DNA of 64,000 bases, taken from contig JBGTMQ010000008.1 of NCBI GenBank assembly GCA_041743505.1, forward strand, positions 5,183 to 69,182. Direction: 5' to 3'. Source of the DNA: Candidatus Saccharimonadia bacterium. Lineage in GTDB: Bacteria; Patescibacteriota; Saccharimonadia; UBA4664. Of the stretch, positions 18,438 to 27,422 are shown piece after piece (position 1 is the first letter of the stretch; each line of letters starts with the position of its first letter). Made by a program: the position numbers and the translations under genes. The notes under the pieces were generated by a model that was not told where the DNA came from, did no database searches, and was given only the letters and a program-made list of their open reading frames with translations.

Positions 18438-19481
18438 ATGGATGATGACAACCAGCCAGACTCGATAGTAACAATCAAGGGCCCAACCGAAACATATACC
18501 ATCACCAGCCCTAAGACCCCGGTCACGAGAGAGTTATTCTTGGATTTCTTGGCTGAAATCAGGTCGATTGCCGGGCCTGACGCTGTGAGCGAATATGATC
18601 GTGGCTACGCCATCACAATCCGGGACGGCCAGCCTTTTATTGTGATTCACCGGGGCAGCGGTGATATGGCTAACATCAAGATTATGACTGCGCGCTCAGA
18701 CTACCACGCTGTCTATACCTTTCGGGCTGCCGCCTGGTATATGAAGCTTGATGTTAAGCACGACGGCACCAGCCTACGTTTACCAAAGAACCCGCACCTA
18801 ATCCTGCCTTTCTTATTAGTCAAGAGTGCCGAATTCTTGGCTATCATGGAGAGCTCTGTTTACAATTTAGCTTTTATCGCAACGAGTAATCGCCACCAAC
18901 CTCATGCCTATTATCTTAAGCATCGCCAAACCAACGAGATCGTCATTGCCAACCCCGGTCTTCTTGATTTCTATCTCAAACATGGCATATACGAAGCCAA
19001 TGACGAATTCGCCTACAAGGTAGCCGACAACCCCGCTGACTTTGTCCTCAAGCTGGATGCCGGGCTCATTCCGGAGATTTTCTATGAGTATTTTGGGCGA
19101 AGTCAAAAAATTATCAACCAAAGCCAGTTTCCGCTGCACAACATTAAGCGCAAAGTCTTTTTTACGCCGTATGTCTACGAACTTGATGCGCCAAATGACA
19201 ACCTCAACCGCTTGTCCGGAGGTGGCATGCTAGCAGACAAAGTCAGGCCTGGTGAAACACTCGATGCATCCATTCGCAGAGTGCTTCGTGAAGAATTAAA
19301 GGTCTCCGGTGATTACATTGGCGCCATTGTCGAACCGTCTGTGTCATTTGACCGCGACCGTGAAAACAAGCTCACGCCCCATTTGACACTCCATGTTTAC
19401 CTTCGCCAGACAGACCTCAATGATAATGACCGCAAGTCAGCCCAACGCGGTTGGAGCTCATTAACAAAGGATAAAGACTAG
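18438..19481 (+). CDS. Hypothetical protein (347 aa)
   Basis: CAGGAG SD before the ATG at 18438. The C-terminal region has a degenerate Nudix-box-like stretch (PGETLDASIRRVLREELKV) that does not match the consensus. Confidence 0.6.
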   Translation: MDDDNQPDSIVTIKGPTETYTITSPKTPVTRELFLDFLAEIRSIAGPDAVSEYDRGYAITIRDGQPFIVIHRGSGDMANIKIMTARSDYHAVYTFRAAAWYMKLDVKHDGTSLRLPKNPHLILPFLLVKSAEFLAIMESSVYNLAFIATSNRHQPHAYYLKHRQTNEIVIANPGLLDFYLKHGIYEANDEFAYKVADNPADFVLKLDAGLIPEIFYEYFGRSQKIINQSQFPLHNIKRKVFFTPYVYELDAPNDNLNRLSGGGMLADKVRPGETLDASIRRVLREELKVSGDYIGAIVEPSVSFDRDRENKLTPHLTLHVYLRQTDLNDNDRKSAQRGWSSLTKDKD

Positions 19482-19533
19482 GGTTCCCCCAACCCTTGTC
19501 AATAGGCAGCATTAATGTTAGTATTCACAAGTT

Positions 19534-20154
19534 ATGAACGTCATCACCGAAATCGAGAAGCAATATCGCAAACCCGCCCTGCCCGGGGTGCAGTCGGGTG
19601 ATACCGTCCGTGTCCACCAGCTCATCAAGGAAGGCAACAAGCAGCGCATCCAGGTCTTTGAAGGCGTTATTATTCGCCGTCACCGGATGGACGAGCTAAC
19701 CGCTTGCATCACCGTACGCCGGATCGCTTCAGGTGTTGGTGTTGAAAAAACGTTTTTACTCCACTCGCCGAACGTTAGTAAGGTCGAGATCTTACGCCGG
19801 GCCAAGGTCCGCCGCAACTTCCTCAGCTATTTGCGCGACCGCCGCGGCAAGAGCGCCCGCCTCAAGGAGCTGGCTTTTGACAAGGCAGCCGCCAACGACG
19901 TCACCGCTCCCGTGGCCGAAGTTACCGACGCCGACATCACCGAAGTAGACGTCCACCAAAACCAGGACGCCTTGGATGATGCCGTTCCGTTGAACGACCA
20001 AGTCAAGTCAGAGAACAAGGCCGCAGCCGCCGACGACGAAGTCAGTACTACCGAAGACGTCAGCACGTCCGACGAGCAGCAGGCACCCGCCGACGAAGCC
20101 GAAGCTGGCGTAGCCAAGGCTGAGCCGGGCGAAGGCAAAGCCGTTCAGTCATAG
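19534..20154 (+). CDS. rplS: Ribosomal protein L19 with a roughly 90-aa acidic low-complexity C-terminal extension
   Basis: The first roughly 115 aa are a typical L19 (RIQVFEGVIIRRH...RRAKVRRNFLSYLR). The tail is D/E/A-rich. Confidence 0.9.
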   Translation: MNVITEIEKQYRKPALPGVQSGDTVRVHQLIKEGNKQRIQVFEGVIIRRHRMDELTACITVRRIASGVGVEKTFLLHSPNVSKVEILRRAKVRRNFLSYLRDRRGKSARLKELAFDKAAANDVTAPVAEVTDADITEVDVHQNQDALDDAVPLNDQVKSENKAAAADDEVSTTEDVSTSDEQQAPADEAEAGVAKAEPGEGKAVQS

Positions 20155-20178
20155 TCCGGGCACTAGTGCGACTCGTAA

Positions 20179-20206
20179 AATCCCAAAACGGCCCCACCTG
20201 GGAGGC
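20179..20206 (+). terminator. Rho-independent terminator AAAACGGCC-N10-GGCCGTTTT after rplS
   Basis: Perfect 9-bp stem with a U-tail. Confidence 0.7.
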
Positions 20207-20210
20207 CGTT

Positions 20211-20792
20211 TTGTCGTATGTGGAGGCAGGTGAGATTGTGGTTGGCATTGACGAGGTTGGCCGCGGCGCTTGGGCCGGACCTGTTGTCGCCGCCGCCGTA
20301 ATCCTGCCGCCCCACCTGGCTATCGACGGCCTGCGGGATTCCAAACTGCTGTTGCCAGCCAGCCGCCGCGAACTGGACCGCGAAATCCGCCGCCAAGCCC
20401 TAGCTGTCGGGCTTGGGTGGGTGGCGGCCGCGGAAGTCGACGAGCACGGGCTAACCTGGGCGGTGTGCCACAGCGGTTTGCGGGCTTTAGCAAACCTGAG
20501 CTCTAAATTTGACTTGGTGATGCTCGACGGCAAGCATAATTACCTGGCTCAGGCTCATCGCTCAGTGGCTCTAGTGAAGGCCGATCAGCTCGTAGTGCCG
20601 GTAGCGGCCGGCTCGGTGGTCGCCAAGGTGGCTCGGGATCGCTACCTTGAGCGCTTAAGCTGCAAATTTCCGGGCTACGGCTTTGAGCTTCACAAGGGTT
20701 ATGGCACACAGTCGCACATCAAAGCGCTGGCCGGACTTGGGCCATGTGCGGCTCACCGCCAGTCATGGCGGCCTTTGCTGGGGGCCGAATAA
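20211..20792 (+). CDS. rnhB: Ribonuclease HII
   Basis: VGIDEVGRGAWAGPVVAAAV. Start is uncertain: TTG at 20211 or GTG at 20220. The ORF is open from 20166. Confidence 0.85.
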   Translation: MSYVEAGEIVVGIDEVGRGAWAGPVVAAAVILPPHLAIDGLRDSKLLLPASRRELDREIRRQALAVGLGWVAAAEVDEHGLTWAVCHSGLRALANLSSKFDLVMLDGKHNYLAQAHRSVALVKADQLVVPVAAGSVVAKVARDRYLERLSCKFPGYGFELHKGYGTQSHIKALAGLGPCAAHRQSWRPLLGAE

Positions 20793-21145
20793 TGTCAACC
20801 GCAGAGCGCGGCCGAACCGCCGAAGCCATCGCAGCCACTTACCTGGAGCAGCAAGGGCTGACTATCGTCGACCGCAACTGGCGCAACCGCTGGTGCGAAT
20901 TGGACTTAGTAGCGCGCAGCCCTGGCGGCATCCACTTTGTGGAGGTCAAATACCGCCGCCGGACCGACTGGGGAACCGGCTTCGAACACATTACCTACGA
21001 CAAAATAAACCGGCTGCGTCGGGCCGCGCTGGCTTGGAACCAAGCGCATGGCTATGCCGGCGCTTACCAAATCGACGTCATCAGCGTGGCCGGCGAATTA
21101 TCGGCGCCGCAAATTGACTATGCCGCGAATGCCATTAACGATTAG
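20792..21145 (+). CDS. YraN-family (UPF0102) endonuclease
   Basis: AEAIAATYLEQQGLTIVDRNWR...ELDLVAR...FVEVKYRR. The ATG overlaps the rnhB stop (TAATG). Confidence 0.8.
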   Translation: MSTAERGRTAEAIAATYLEQQGLTIVDRNWRNRWCELDLVARSPGGIHFVEVKYRRRTDWGTGFEHITYDKINRLRRAALAWNQAHGYAGAYQIDVISVAGELSAPQIDYAANAIND

Positions 21146-21226
21146 CGGCTTATTGACGCGGCCGGATATCGCACCCGGTTATAAACAATACAGGAGGGGC
21201 TACACTCCATTTTACAAGTCAAAAGA

Positions 21227-23794
21227 TCACCTTAAATTGGAGCCCTCCCATTCAGCCAAAAACCTCTCAATACGGACATGGTCCCGTTCATACCAGTCCG
21301 CCTTAAGCGTAATAACCTCGAGCGCTTGAGCGACAGGTCGGCTTATAACCGGATGCGGGTGGGCCTTAAAGAACCCTGCCATCTCCTCTGCAATCTGATG
21401 CGAGGCAAAAGCCGCCCCGGCATATTCCGGCAAGCGGGTGAGCATATACCCACCCCCACCATATCGCCTTACCAAAGTATCCCACTGGTCTCGTATAAAT
21501 TGCCAAGCCAAATACCTGCTGTCGTGACCCATCAAACATCGGCCAAGAGCCAAGACAGAGTCTTGAGACCGAACGTCTTTAGATAAGCAAAGCTCAAGCG
21601 AGCGTTGGACTAACTCCGGTTTGCGGAAGCGGCATAATGTCATCAGTAGCTCTCGCTTTGCTTGGGGCACCTGTTCATGGCGGTACATCTCTAGCATAGT
21701 GTCATATTCCACAGCTTCACCGTGTCGCGCGATAGCATAAAAGACAGCCAACCGCAGGTCAGGATCGATGCTCCCTTGTTGGTGGAAATCCCCAAACCGG
21801 CGCCTGGCCTCGGCCGTTACACCCGGATGATCAAATCGGACAGCTTCGTGTAGCACCAGAGGACGCAACAATGTGTCAAAACTCGATTCCCCATCAACCT
21901 TGTCCCAGCCCAACCGGGCCAAATTTGGCTGTACGAACCAGCGTCCGAATTGCTCCAACCGCCTGCGCAAGCCTTCATCATCAATAATACCCAGGATATC
22001 GCCCAGGCCGGCTGCCAGCTTAGACCAAACTACATAGTTCTCATCTCCATGCATCCTCGCGATGAGTTTTAACGCCATAGCACTATCGGTAATGCCGGCC
22101 GGAGCGGTCGCCAATACATCACTGACGACACCGAGCCGGTCCGTTGCATTTAACCTGCCGTCCGCCAGCGGCCCAGCCAGTCTTTCGATCATAGCCGGGG
22201 TGTAGCTCACCCGATAAAAACCCGACTGATCGGGATTGGGCTTGAACCATTCTGCCTGGCTAATCTCGGCCCCTAACTCGGCTTCAGCTGTCGTTATCAG
22301 CCGCTGACCAGTTTCGCCTTGGTCGGTAATCGCGTCAAACGGAATCGGCCAAAGCTGGCCCGGGGTAGCTTTGGCTGCCTCTCTGGCTGAACTGTAAAAC
22401 CGCTTTTGTATCAGCATTTTCTGCCCAAAAAACACGATCGGATAGCCCGGCAGACGTGTCCAGGCAGTCATCATCTCGCGTACTGGTTTTCCGGACGCTA
22501 CGCCCAGCGACCGCCACAAATCCTCCGTTGTAGCATTAGCGAACTGATGCAACTCAAGATAGTGTTTCAGCCCACGGCGAAAGTCATCCGGCCCCAGGTA
22601 ATGATGCAGCATATTAATGATGCCGGCCCCTTTGGCGTATGAAATGCCGTCAAAAATCTCGTCCAGTGCCAGCGGATCCTCAACCTCCACCTCGATAGGA
22701 TGCGTATTCGCCAGAGCATCATCCCTCAATGCCCATTCCAGCCGCCAGCCCACAAACTGATGCCATGCCCGCCACTCCGGAAACATCCGGTCTAGGGCCA
22801 AAGTTTCAGCCCAAGCCGCAAAACCCTCATTAAGCCACAGATCATTCCACCAAGCCATGGTGACTAAATTACCAAACCATTGGTGGGCTAGCTCGTGGGC
22901 AATAACCAAGGCGACCCGCTGTTTATGTGATAGGGAGGTCTTGGTTTCATCAAGCAACAAATCAGTTTCGCGGTAGATTATCGCGCCCCAGTTCTCCATA
23001 GCGGCGGCACCAAAATCCGGTACGGCAATCATATCAAGCTTGACCAAAGGGTAAGCAATGCCGAAATACTCAGTAAAATCCTCCAGCATGCGCACGGCCG
23101 TATCAAGCGCAAAGCCAAACTGGTCCCGCTTGCCCGGAGTAGCGTATATTCTTACCACGGTGCCAGCCGATGTTTGCCGCTCTTTATACTCAAATTCACC
23201 AACCAAGTAGGCCACCAAGTATGTGCTCATCTTGGGCGAAGGCGCGAACGTAACGGTCTTACGCCCCGCCCCCGCCGGCTTTTCTGATTCAATCTGGGTA
23301 TTGCTGATAGCAGTTAGTGCCTTGGGAATAGTAAGGCTTAATTCAAAAACAGCCTTCGCGGACGGCTCATCAATGCACACAAATGCCTCGCGGGCATGAA
23401 CCGCCTCAAACTGGGTGAGGGCCAGCCATTTAGTCTCACCATTATGATCATATTGGCTCCGATAAAAACCATGAAGACTGTCATTAATCTGCCCCGAGAA
23501 AGTCAGCTCAAGGGTGTGCTGCCCAGCTTCAATCGCCTGCTCGAACCCAAAGGTGACCGTCTGATCGGCCTCCGAAAATGCCACCGTACCGGCATGGCCG
23601 GAGTCCAGCCGCACCGAGCTAATCTCGAGCCCGACAACGTGAAAGGTTAAATCCCGGGCAGATTTCAACAAATCGAAAGCGATAGTTTCCTGCCCGTCAA
23701 ACGTAAAACTCTCCATGTCTGGTGTGATGCTAAGCTGGTAAAACTCAGGTCGGATATTATCAACTAGTCGTTGCGCAGGCCGCATGTTTACCAA
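21227..23794 (-). CDS. pepN: Aminopeptidase N (M1 family)
   Basis: HELAHQWFGN...WLNEGFA (HEXXH-18-E) and GAMEN motif GAAAMENWG. 855 aa. Confidence 0.92.
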   Translation of the reverse strand: MVNMRPAQRLVDNIRPEFYQLSITPDMESFTFDGQETIAFDLLKSARDLTFHVVGLEISSVRLDSGHAGTVAFSEADQTVTFGFEQAIEAGQHTLELTFSGQINDSLHGFYRSQYDHNGETKWLALTQFEAVHAREAFVCIDEPSAKAVFELSLTIPKALTAISNTQIESEKPAGAGRKTVTFAPSPKMSTYLVAYLVGEFEYKERQTSAGTVVRIYATPGKRDQFGFALDTAVRMLEDFTEYFGIAYPLVKLDMIAVPDFGAAAMENWGAIIYRETDLLLDETKTSLSHKQRVALVIAHELAHQWFGNLVTMAWWNDLWLNEGFAAWAETLALDRMFPEWRAWHQFVGWRLEWALRDDALANTHPIEVEVEDPLALDEIFDGISYAKGAGIINMLHHYLGPDDFRRGLKHYLELHQFANATTEDLWRSLGVASGKPVREMMTAWTRLPGYPIVFFGQKMLIQKRFYSSAREAAKATPGQLWPIPFDAITDQGETGQRLITTAEAELGAEISQAEWFKPNPDQSGFYRVSYTPAMIERLAGPLADGRLNATDRLGVVSDVLATAPAGITDSAMALKLIARMHGDENYVVWSKLAAGLGDILGIIDDEGLRRRLEQFGRWFVQPNLARLGWDKVDGESSFDTLLRPLVLHEAVRFDHPGVTAEARRRFGDFHQQGSIDPDLRLAVFYAIARHGEAVEYDTMLEMYRHEQVPQAKRELLMTLCRFRKPELVQRSLELCLSKDVRSQDSVLALGRCLMGHDSRYLAWQFIRDQWDTLVRRYGGGGYMLTRLPEYAGAAFASHQIAEEMAGFFKAHPHPVISRPVAQALEVITLKADWYERDHVRIERFLAEWEGSNLR

Positions 23795-23877
23795 TTCCTC
23801 GTTACCTGCCCATTAGTATAACTGAAACGTTTTACGCAGGCGCACCAACCCCTCAAACCGGTTGGCAGATAATTTGC

Positions 23878-23906
23878 TTGCATTGAGAGATAAATTCTTT
23901 TACAAT
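23878..23906 (+). promoter_or_regulatory. Promoter TTGCAT-N17-TACAAT for the NYN-domain gene
   Basis: Hexamers and spacing read directly from the sequence. Confidence 0.5.
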
Positions 23907-23949
23907 ATGCTCACGTACTTTGACTCTCTCGGATCGGAGGTGATACCCT

Positions 23950-24567
23950 ATGGTTCGGCGTAAGCGTGACGATCGGCTCCGCGCCGCAGTGTTTGTTGAT
24001 GGTGACAACGTGTGCGGTACCTTTAAAAGGTACGGCATCTATCCCAATCTTGATGACCTTGTGCGGTGGCTTAGTAGTCCCGATGCGCCGTGGGGAATTA
24101 ACCAGGTGGTGAGCTGGTGCTACTTTAGGACGTATCGTAGGCCAGAGACACCGCGCGAGGGGGACCGGCCGTTTCGACAGCCGGGTCCCGGTGACTTGCA
24201 AATCTGCGACCATCGCCACCGGGCGAGGTTCCGCCTTCCTGGATATCCCGACGAGGCCATCAAGGACCATGTGATTGAGACAATCAATCAGTGGGACACC
24301 GCTTTTCTTGTTACCAGCGACGTATCGGACTTTGAAGACTTCGCTGACTACATCCGTAGCCCCAAGTTTCCGGGCAAGGAAGCCGTTATCATTGCCAGTC
24401 ACCTCAGTGCCTATCCTGACTGGCATAACACGGTCAATAACGGCTACTCCCTGGAAGCTATGTATCCGGATTTGATGAAGCGTTTTAGAGAACTGCGAGG
24501 CTTTCATCCGGAGAGAACGCGGCCGGTGCCCCGGTATCGTCCTGCGTTGTCAACGACACCCGCCTGA
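23950..24567 (+). CDS. NYN (LabA-like, PIN-fold) domain protein
   Basis: AAVFVDGDNV...LVTSDVSDFEDFADY. GGAGGTGA SD. Confidence 0.65.
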   Translation: MVRRKRDDRLRAAVFVDGDNVCGTFKRYGIYPNLDDLVRWLSSPDAPWGINQVVSWCYFRTYRRPETPREGDRPFRQPGPGDLQICDHRHRARFRLPGYPDEAIKDHVIETINQWDTAFLVTSDVSDFEDFADYIRSPKFPGKEAVIIASHLSAYPDWHNTVNNGYSLEAMYPDLMKRFRELRGFHPERTRPVPRYRPALSTTPA

Positions 24568-24594
24568 GTCATCAGGCGGGTCGTTTTTATTTTT
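24559..24594 (+). terminator. Rho-independent terminator CCCGCCTGA-GTCA-TCAGGCGGG followed by TCGTTTTTATTTTT
   Basis: Stem and T-run read directly from the sequence. Confidence 0.75.
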
Positions 24595-24621
24595 GCACAA
24601 CGCTTGATACTGCAGTATAAT
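24593..24621 (+). promoter_or_regulatory. Promoter TTGCAC-N17-TATAAT for nusA
   Basis: TTGCAC at 24593-24598 and TATAAT at 24616-24621. Confidence 0.6.
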
Positions 24622-24720
24622 TACTCTTGTAAATCGGCTTCTCAGCCGATATTTTTAACGACCATCCAATTAACGCCACAACTAAATAACAATTGAATAT
24701 TGAATAAGGAGTATATTTAC

Positions 24721-26022
24721 ATGGAAACCCCCAACTTTTTAGCCGCAATTAATTTGATCTCTGAGGAGAAAAACCTCCCCCGCGATATCGTCATAGAAAC
24801 AGTCGAGGCCGCCCTGGCTGCCGCCTACAAAAAAGACTACTCCGACAAAGACCAGGAAGCCCGCGCCGTTCTCGATCAAGAAACCGGTGAGGTCCATCTG
24901 TACATCAACCGGGCCGTCGTGGCCGATGGTGCAGTCGAGAATGAGCATCTGCAGATTGGCCTGTCCGAGGCCAAAAAAGCGGACAAAAAGGCCGAAGTCC
25001 GCGATGTCATCGAGGACGTAGTTAACGAAGAGACCGGCGAAGTCATCACGCCCGGCGTCGGTGCCTACATGGTTGAGACCGAGGTTTTCCCCGAAGACTT
25101 TGGTCGTGTCGCCGCCCAGACCGCCAAGCAGGTTATCATCCAACGCCTGCGCGAAGCTGAGCGCGAGATCATCTTCACCGAGTACAAGGACAAAGAAGGC
25201 CTGGTACTCAACGGCAATGTCCAGCGCGTCGAGGGTAGCATCGCATACGTCGATTTGGGTAAGGCCACTGGTGTCCTGTTCGCCTCCGAACAGATCCCGG
25301 GTGAGCGCTACTACACAGGTATGCGCACCAAGGTATTTGTGGTCCGGGTTGAACAAACCCCGCGTGGGCCGCAAATCGTACTAAGTCGTGCCCACGCCAA
25401 CATGGTAAAACATTTGTTTGAGCTTGAGGTTCCGGAAATCGAAGCCGGCACCGTCGAAATCATCAACATCGCCCGCGAGGCCGGCGTCCGCAGTAAGGTA
25501 GCGGTTCAGTCACATGCCGCCGGTGTGGATGCCGTCGGCACCTTCGTTGGTGGTCGCGGCTCCCGGGTGCAGGCGGTCATGAGCGACCTCGGTGAAGAAA
25601 AGATTGACATCATTCCCTTCGCTGATACCCCCGAAGAGTACATCGCCAACGCGCTGTCACCGACTAAGGTTATCGATGTCACCCTGACCGAAGCCGACAA
25701 AAAAGCCGTGGTCCGCGTACCCGAAGACCAACTCAGCCTGGCCATCGGCAAACAGGGTCAAAACGTCCGCCTGGCCGCCAAGCTGACCGGCTGGAACATC
25801 GACATCATCTCCGCCGATGAGAGCCGCGTCGAGGCTACCGCTGCCGTAGTCGAACCAAAATCCGGCAATCGCGACCTCGAGGGTGACGTTATCGCTGCCA
25901 TCAACTCAGGCGCCAACGCCAAGGCTGAAATCGACCCGGATATGGACGAGGAGCTATCCGGCACCCAGGCCGACGCTCTCAGCGGCCAGGAGCCGGTCGA
26001 CGAGACACCGCCCAAAGCCTAA
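24721..26022 (+). CDS. nusA: Transcription termination/antitermination factor NusA
   Basis: The N-terminus (NLISEEKNLPRDIVIETVEAALAAAYKK), S1 domain and KH domains are NusA-like. AAGGAG SD before the ATG at 24721. Confidence 0.92.
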   Translation: METPNFLAAINLISEEKNLPRDIVIETVEAALAAAYKKDYSDKDQEARAVLDQETGEVHLYINRAVVADGAVENEHLQIGLSEAKKADKKAEVRDVIEDVVNEETGEVITPGVGAYMVETEVFPEDFGRVAAQTAKQVIIQRLREAEREIIFTEYKDKEGLVLNGNVQRVEGSIAYVDLGKATGVLFASEQIPGERYYTGMRTKVFVVRVEQTPRGPQIVLSRAHANMVKHLFELEVPEIEAGTVEIINIAREAGVRSKVAVQSHAAGVDAVGTFVGGRGSRVQAVMSDLGEEKIDIIPFADTPEEYIANALSPTKVIDVTLTEADKKAVVRVPEDQLSLAIGKQGQNVRLAAKLTGWNIDIISADESRVEATAAVVEPKSGNRDLEGDVIAAINSGANAKAEIDPDMDEELSGTQADALSGQEPVDETPPKA

Positions 26023-26321
26023 CCAGCTCACATCAAAATAAGACCAAAAATAAGGAACCCCCGCTCGTTACGAGCAGGGGTTCAGCGCCGAAAGCCGAAG
26101 CCTATCTGGGCTCCAACTCGGCGAATAACACAATATCGATGCCGAGTAGCAGGTCGTCCGTCATGACAACAGTCACCGGGGTGGCCGGACCCAGCCAGCG
26201 GTGAGCGCACCACGCCTGGTCACCAAGATCGGGCCGGGGCTCGCGGTTATCGGACATCCAATGCCCGCAGGACAATCTTACGAAATAGCACTGCGGGCAT
26301 TGGTCATGATCGGTTTGCTTG

Positions 26322-26567
26322 TTAGCGCAAACAATCGCGCAGCGACTGGCCTTGACGCCGCAAAGGTAATACTAAAGCTGCATGGCCACCGTATATCGAA
26401 ATCCAAACTGCCGCGACGGCCAGTCCGAATTTCACCAAGCCGTTTTGGGCCCATGACATGAGACCCATCGCGCATAGGGCAAGCGTTACTAAGGTTACCA
26501 GCCAGACCACCATAAACAGTGGCCAAACATAGTTCTGCCTGAATGGTAACGTTTTCAGGTTAGTCAT
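26322..26567 (-). CDS. Small two-TM membrane protein (hypothetical)
   Basis: MTNLKTL start with an AAAGGA SD, 4 nt after the stop of the upstream gene. The 96-aa ORF version would overlap that gene by 53 nt. Confidence 0.5.
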   Translation of the reverse strand: MTNLKTLPFRQNYVWPLFMVVWLVTLVTLALCAMGLMSWAQNGLVKFGLAVAAVWISIYGGHAALVLPLRRQGQSLRDCLR

Positions 26568-27213
26568 GAGCGCTGTCCTTTCGCTCATCGCCAGTGCTAG
26601 CCGGCTCATCAAAACGAACCAACGGCAGGGCCGGCCAGCTCAGAAGCGTATCGGCCAGTGCAGCTACCTCCAGAATGAGATGGTTGGTGTGAGAAATTTG
26701 CCTTTCAGCTGCCTCGTCCCCAGCCGCAACAGGCCCCAGGTCAACATCGAGGCGCGTCTGCAGATCAGCGCTCTTACGGCATTCATCGGCCCAATACTGC
26801 TTGATAACAAGCATGCCCACGACCCCGTCAAGCAGACGGAGCATCGTTTCGATCCGCTCGCGCTGGTGATGTGCTTCCACACCCTCCAAGATGCTATAAA
26901 ATGCCTCCTCCTCGCACAGCCGCCCATACCAACCAGCCACGAGGACTTGCTCGGGCCGGCTGTAAAGCAGTTCGGTATCGGTTCCTCGCCGCCATTTCCA
27001 GTCAAGTTCGGCCTCGATGGTCAGCGTCACAGCATATCCAGACGTGCTTGAAAAAGGTCTGAGCTTCGGGAGCTGGAGTTCTTGAAGCCGGTGACAACAA
27101 TCATCGCCATGAACTAGTATTCTCGTATCTGTGCGGCGCTCGGACCGTTCAAGCTTGGCATCCTCATTAAGATATACATCCACATACGTCTCGCGCAGCT
27201 TACACAGTCGCAT
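26560..27213 (-). CDS. Hypothetical protein (217 aa)
   Basis: Long ORF transcribed divergently from clpC. No motif recognised. Confidence 0.55.
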   Translation of the reverse strand: MRLCKLRETYVDVYLNEDAKLERSERRTDTRILVHGDDCCHRLQELQLPKLRPFSSTSGYAVTLTIEAELDWKWRRGTDTELLYSRPEQVLVAGWYGRLCEEEAFYSILEGVEAHHQRERIETMLRLLDGVVGMLVIKQYWADECRKSADLQTRLDVDLGPVAAGDEAAERQISHTNHLILEVAALADTLLSWPALPLVRFDEPASTGDERKDSAHD

Positions 27214-27316
27214 GACGCCTCCTTGGTAGTCGGATCAGTGTAAAAGAGCATAATGGCCGTCCACAGCCAGTATCTCAGTACATTATAACATAACTACATA
27301 GTATTTACTACAGCAG

Positions 27317-27343
27317 TTAGCACTCGCTTGCACAGAGTGCTAA
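27317..27343 (+). promoter_or_regulatory. CIRCE operator (HrcA binding site) TTAGCACTC-N9-GAGTGCTAA overlapping the clpC promoter (TTGCAC-N17-TATACT)
   Basis: Perfect 9+9 match to the CIRCE consensus, read directly from the sequence. TTGCAC at 27328-27333 and TATACT at 27351-27356. Confidence 0.8.
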
Positions 27344-27422
27344 CCATGCTATACTTGCAGTACATCCACCCAGGCCGTGGCACCGACCAATCTTCTGACA
27401 CCAGCAACCCAGGGGGAGGGTA

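Noticed and set aside
18417-19481. Nudix-box call for the dnaE-downstream 347-aa protein
   Set aside because: The stretch PGETLDASIRRVLREELKV does not satisfy the Gx5Ex7REUxEExGU consensus. It is left as hypothetical.
23911-24507. 198-aa minus-strand ORF overlapping the NYN-domain gene
   Set aside because: It lies antisense to a gene that has an SD, a promoter and a terminator. It has no SD of its own.
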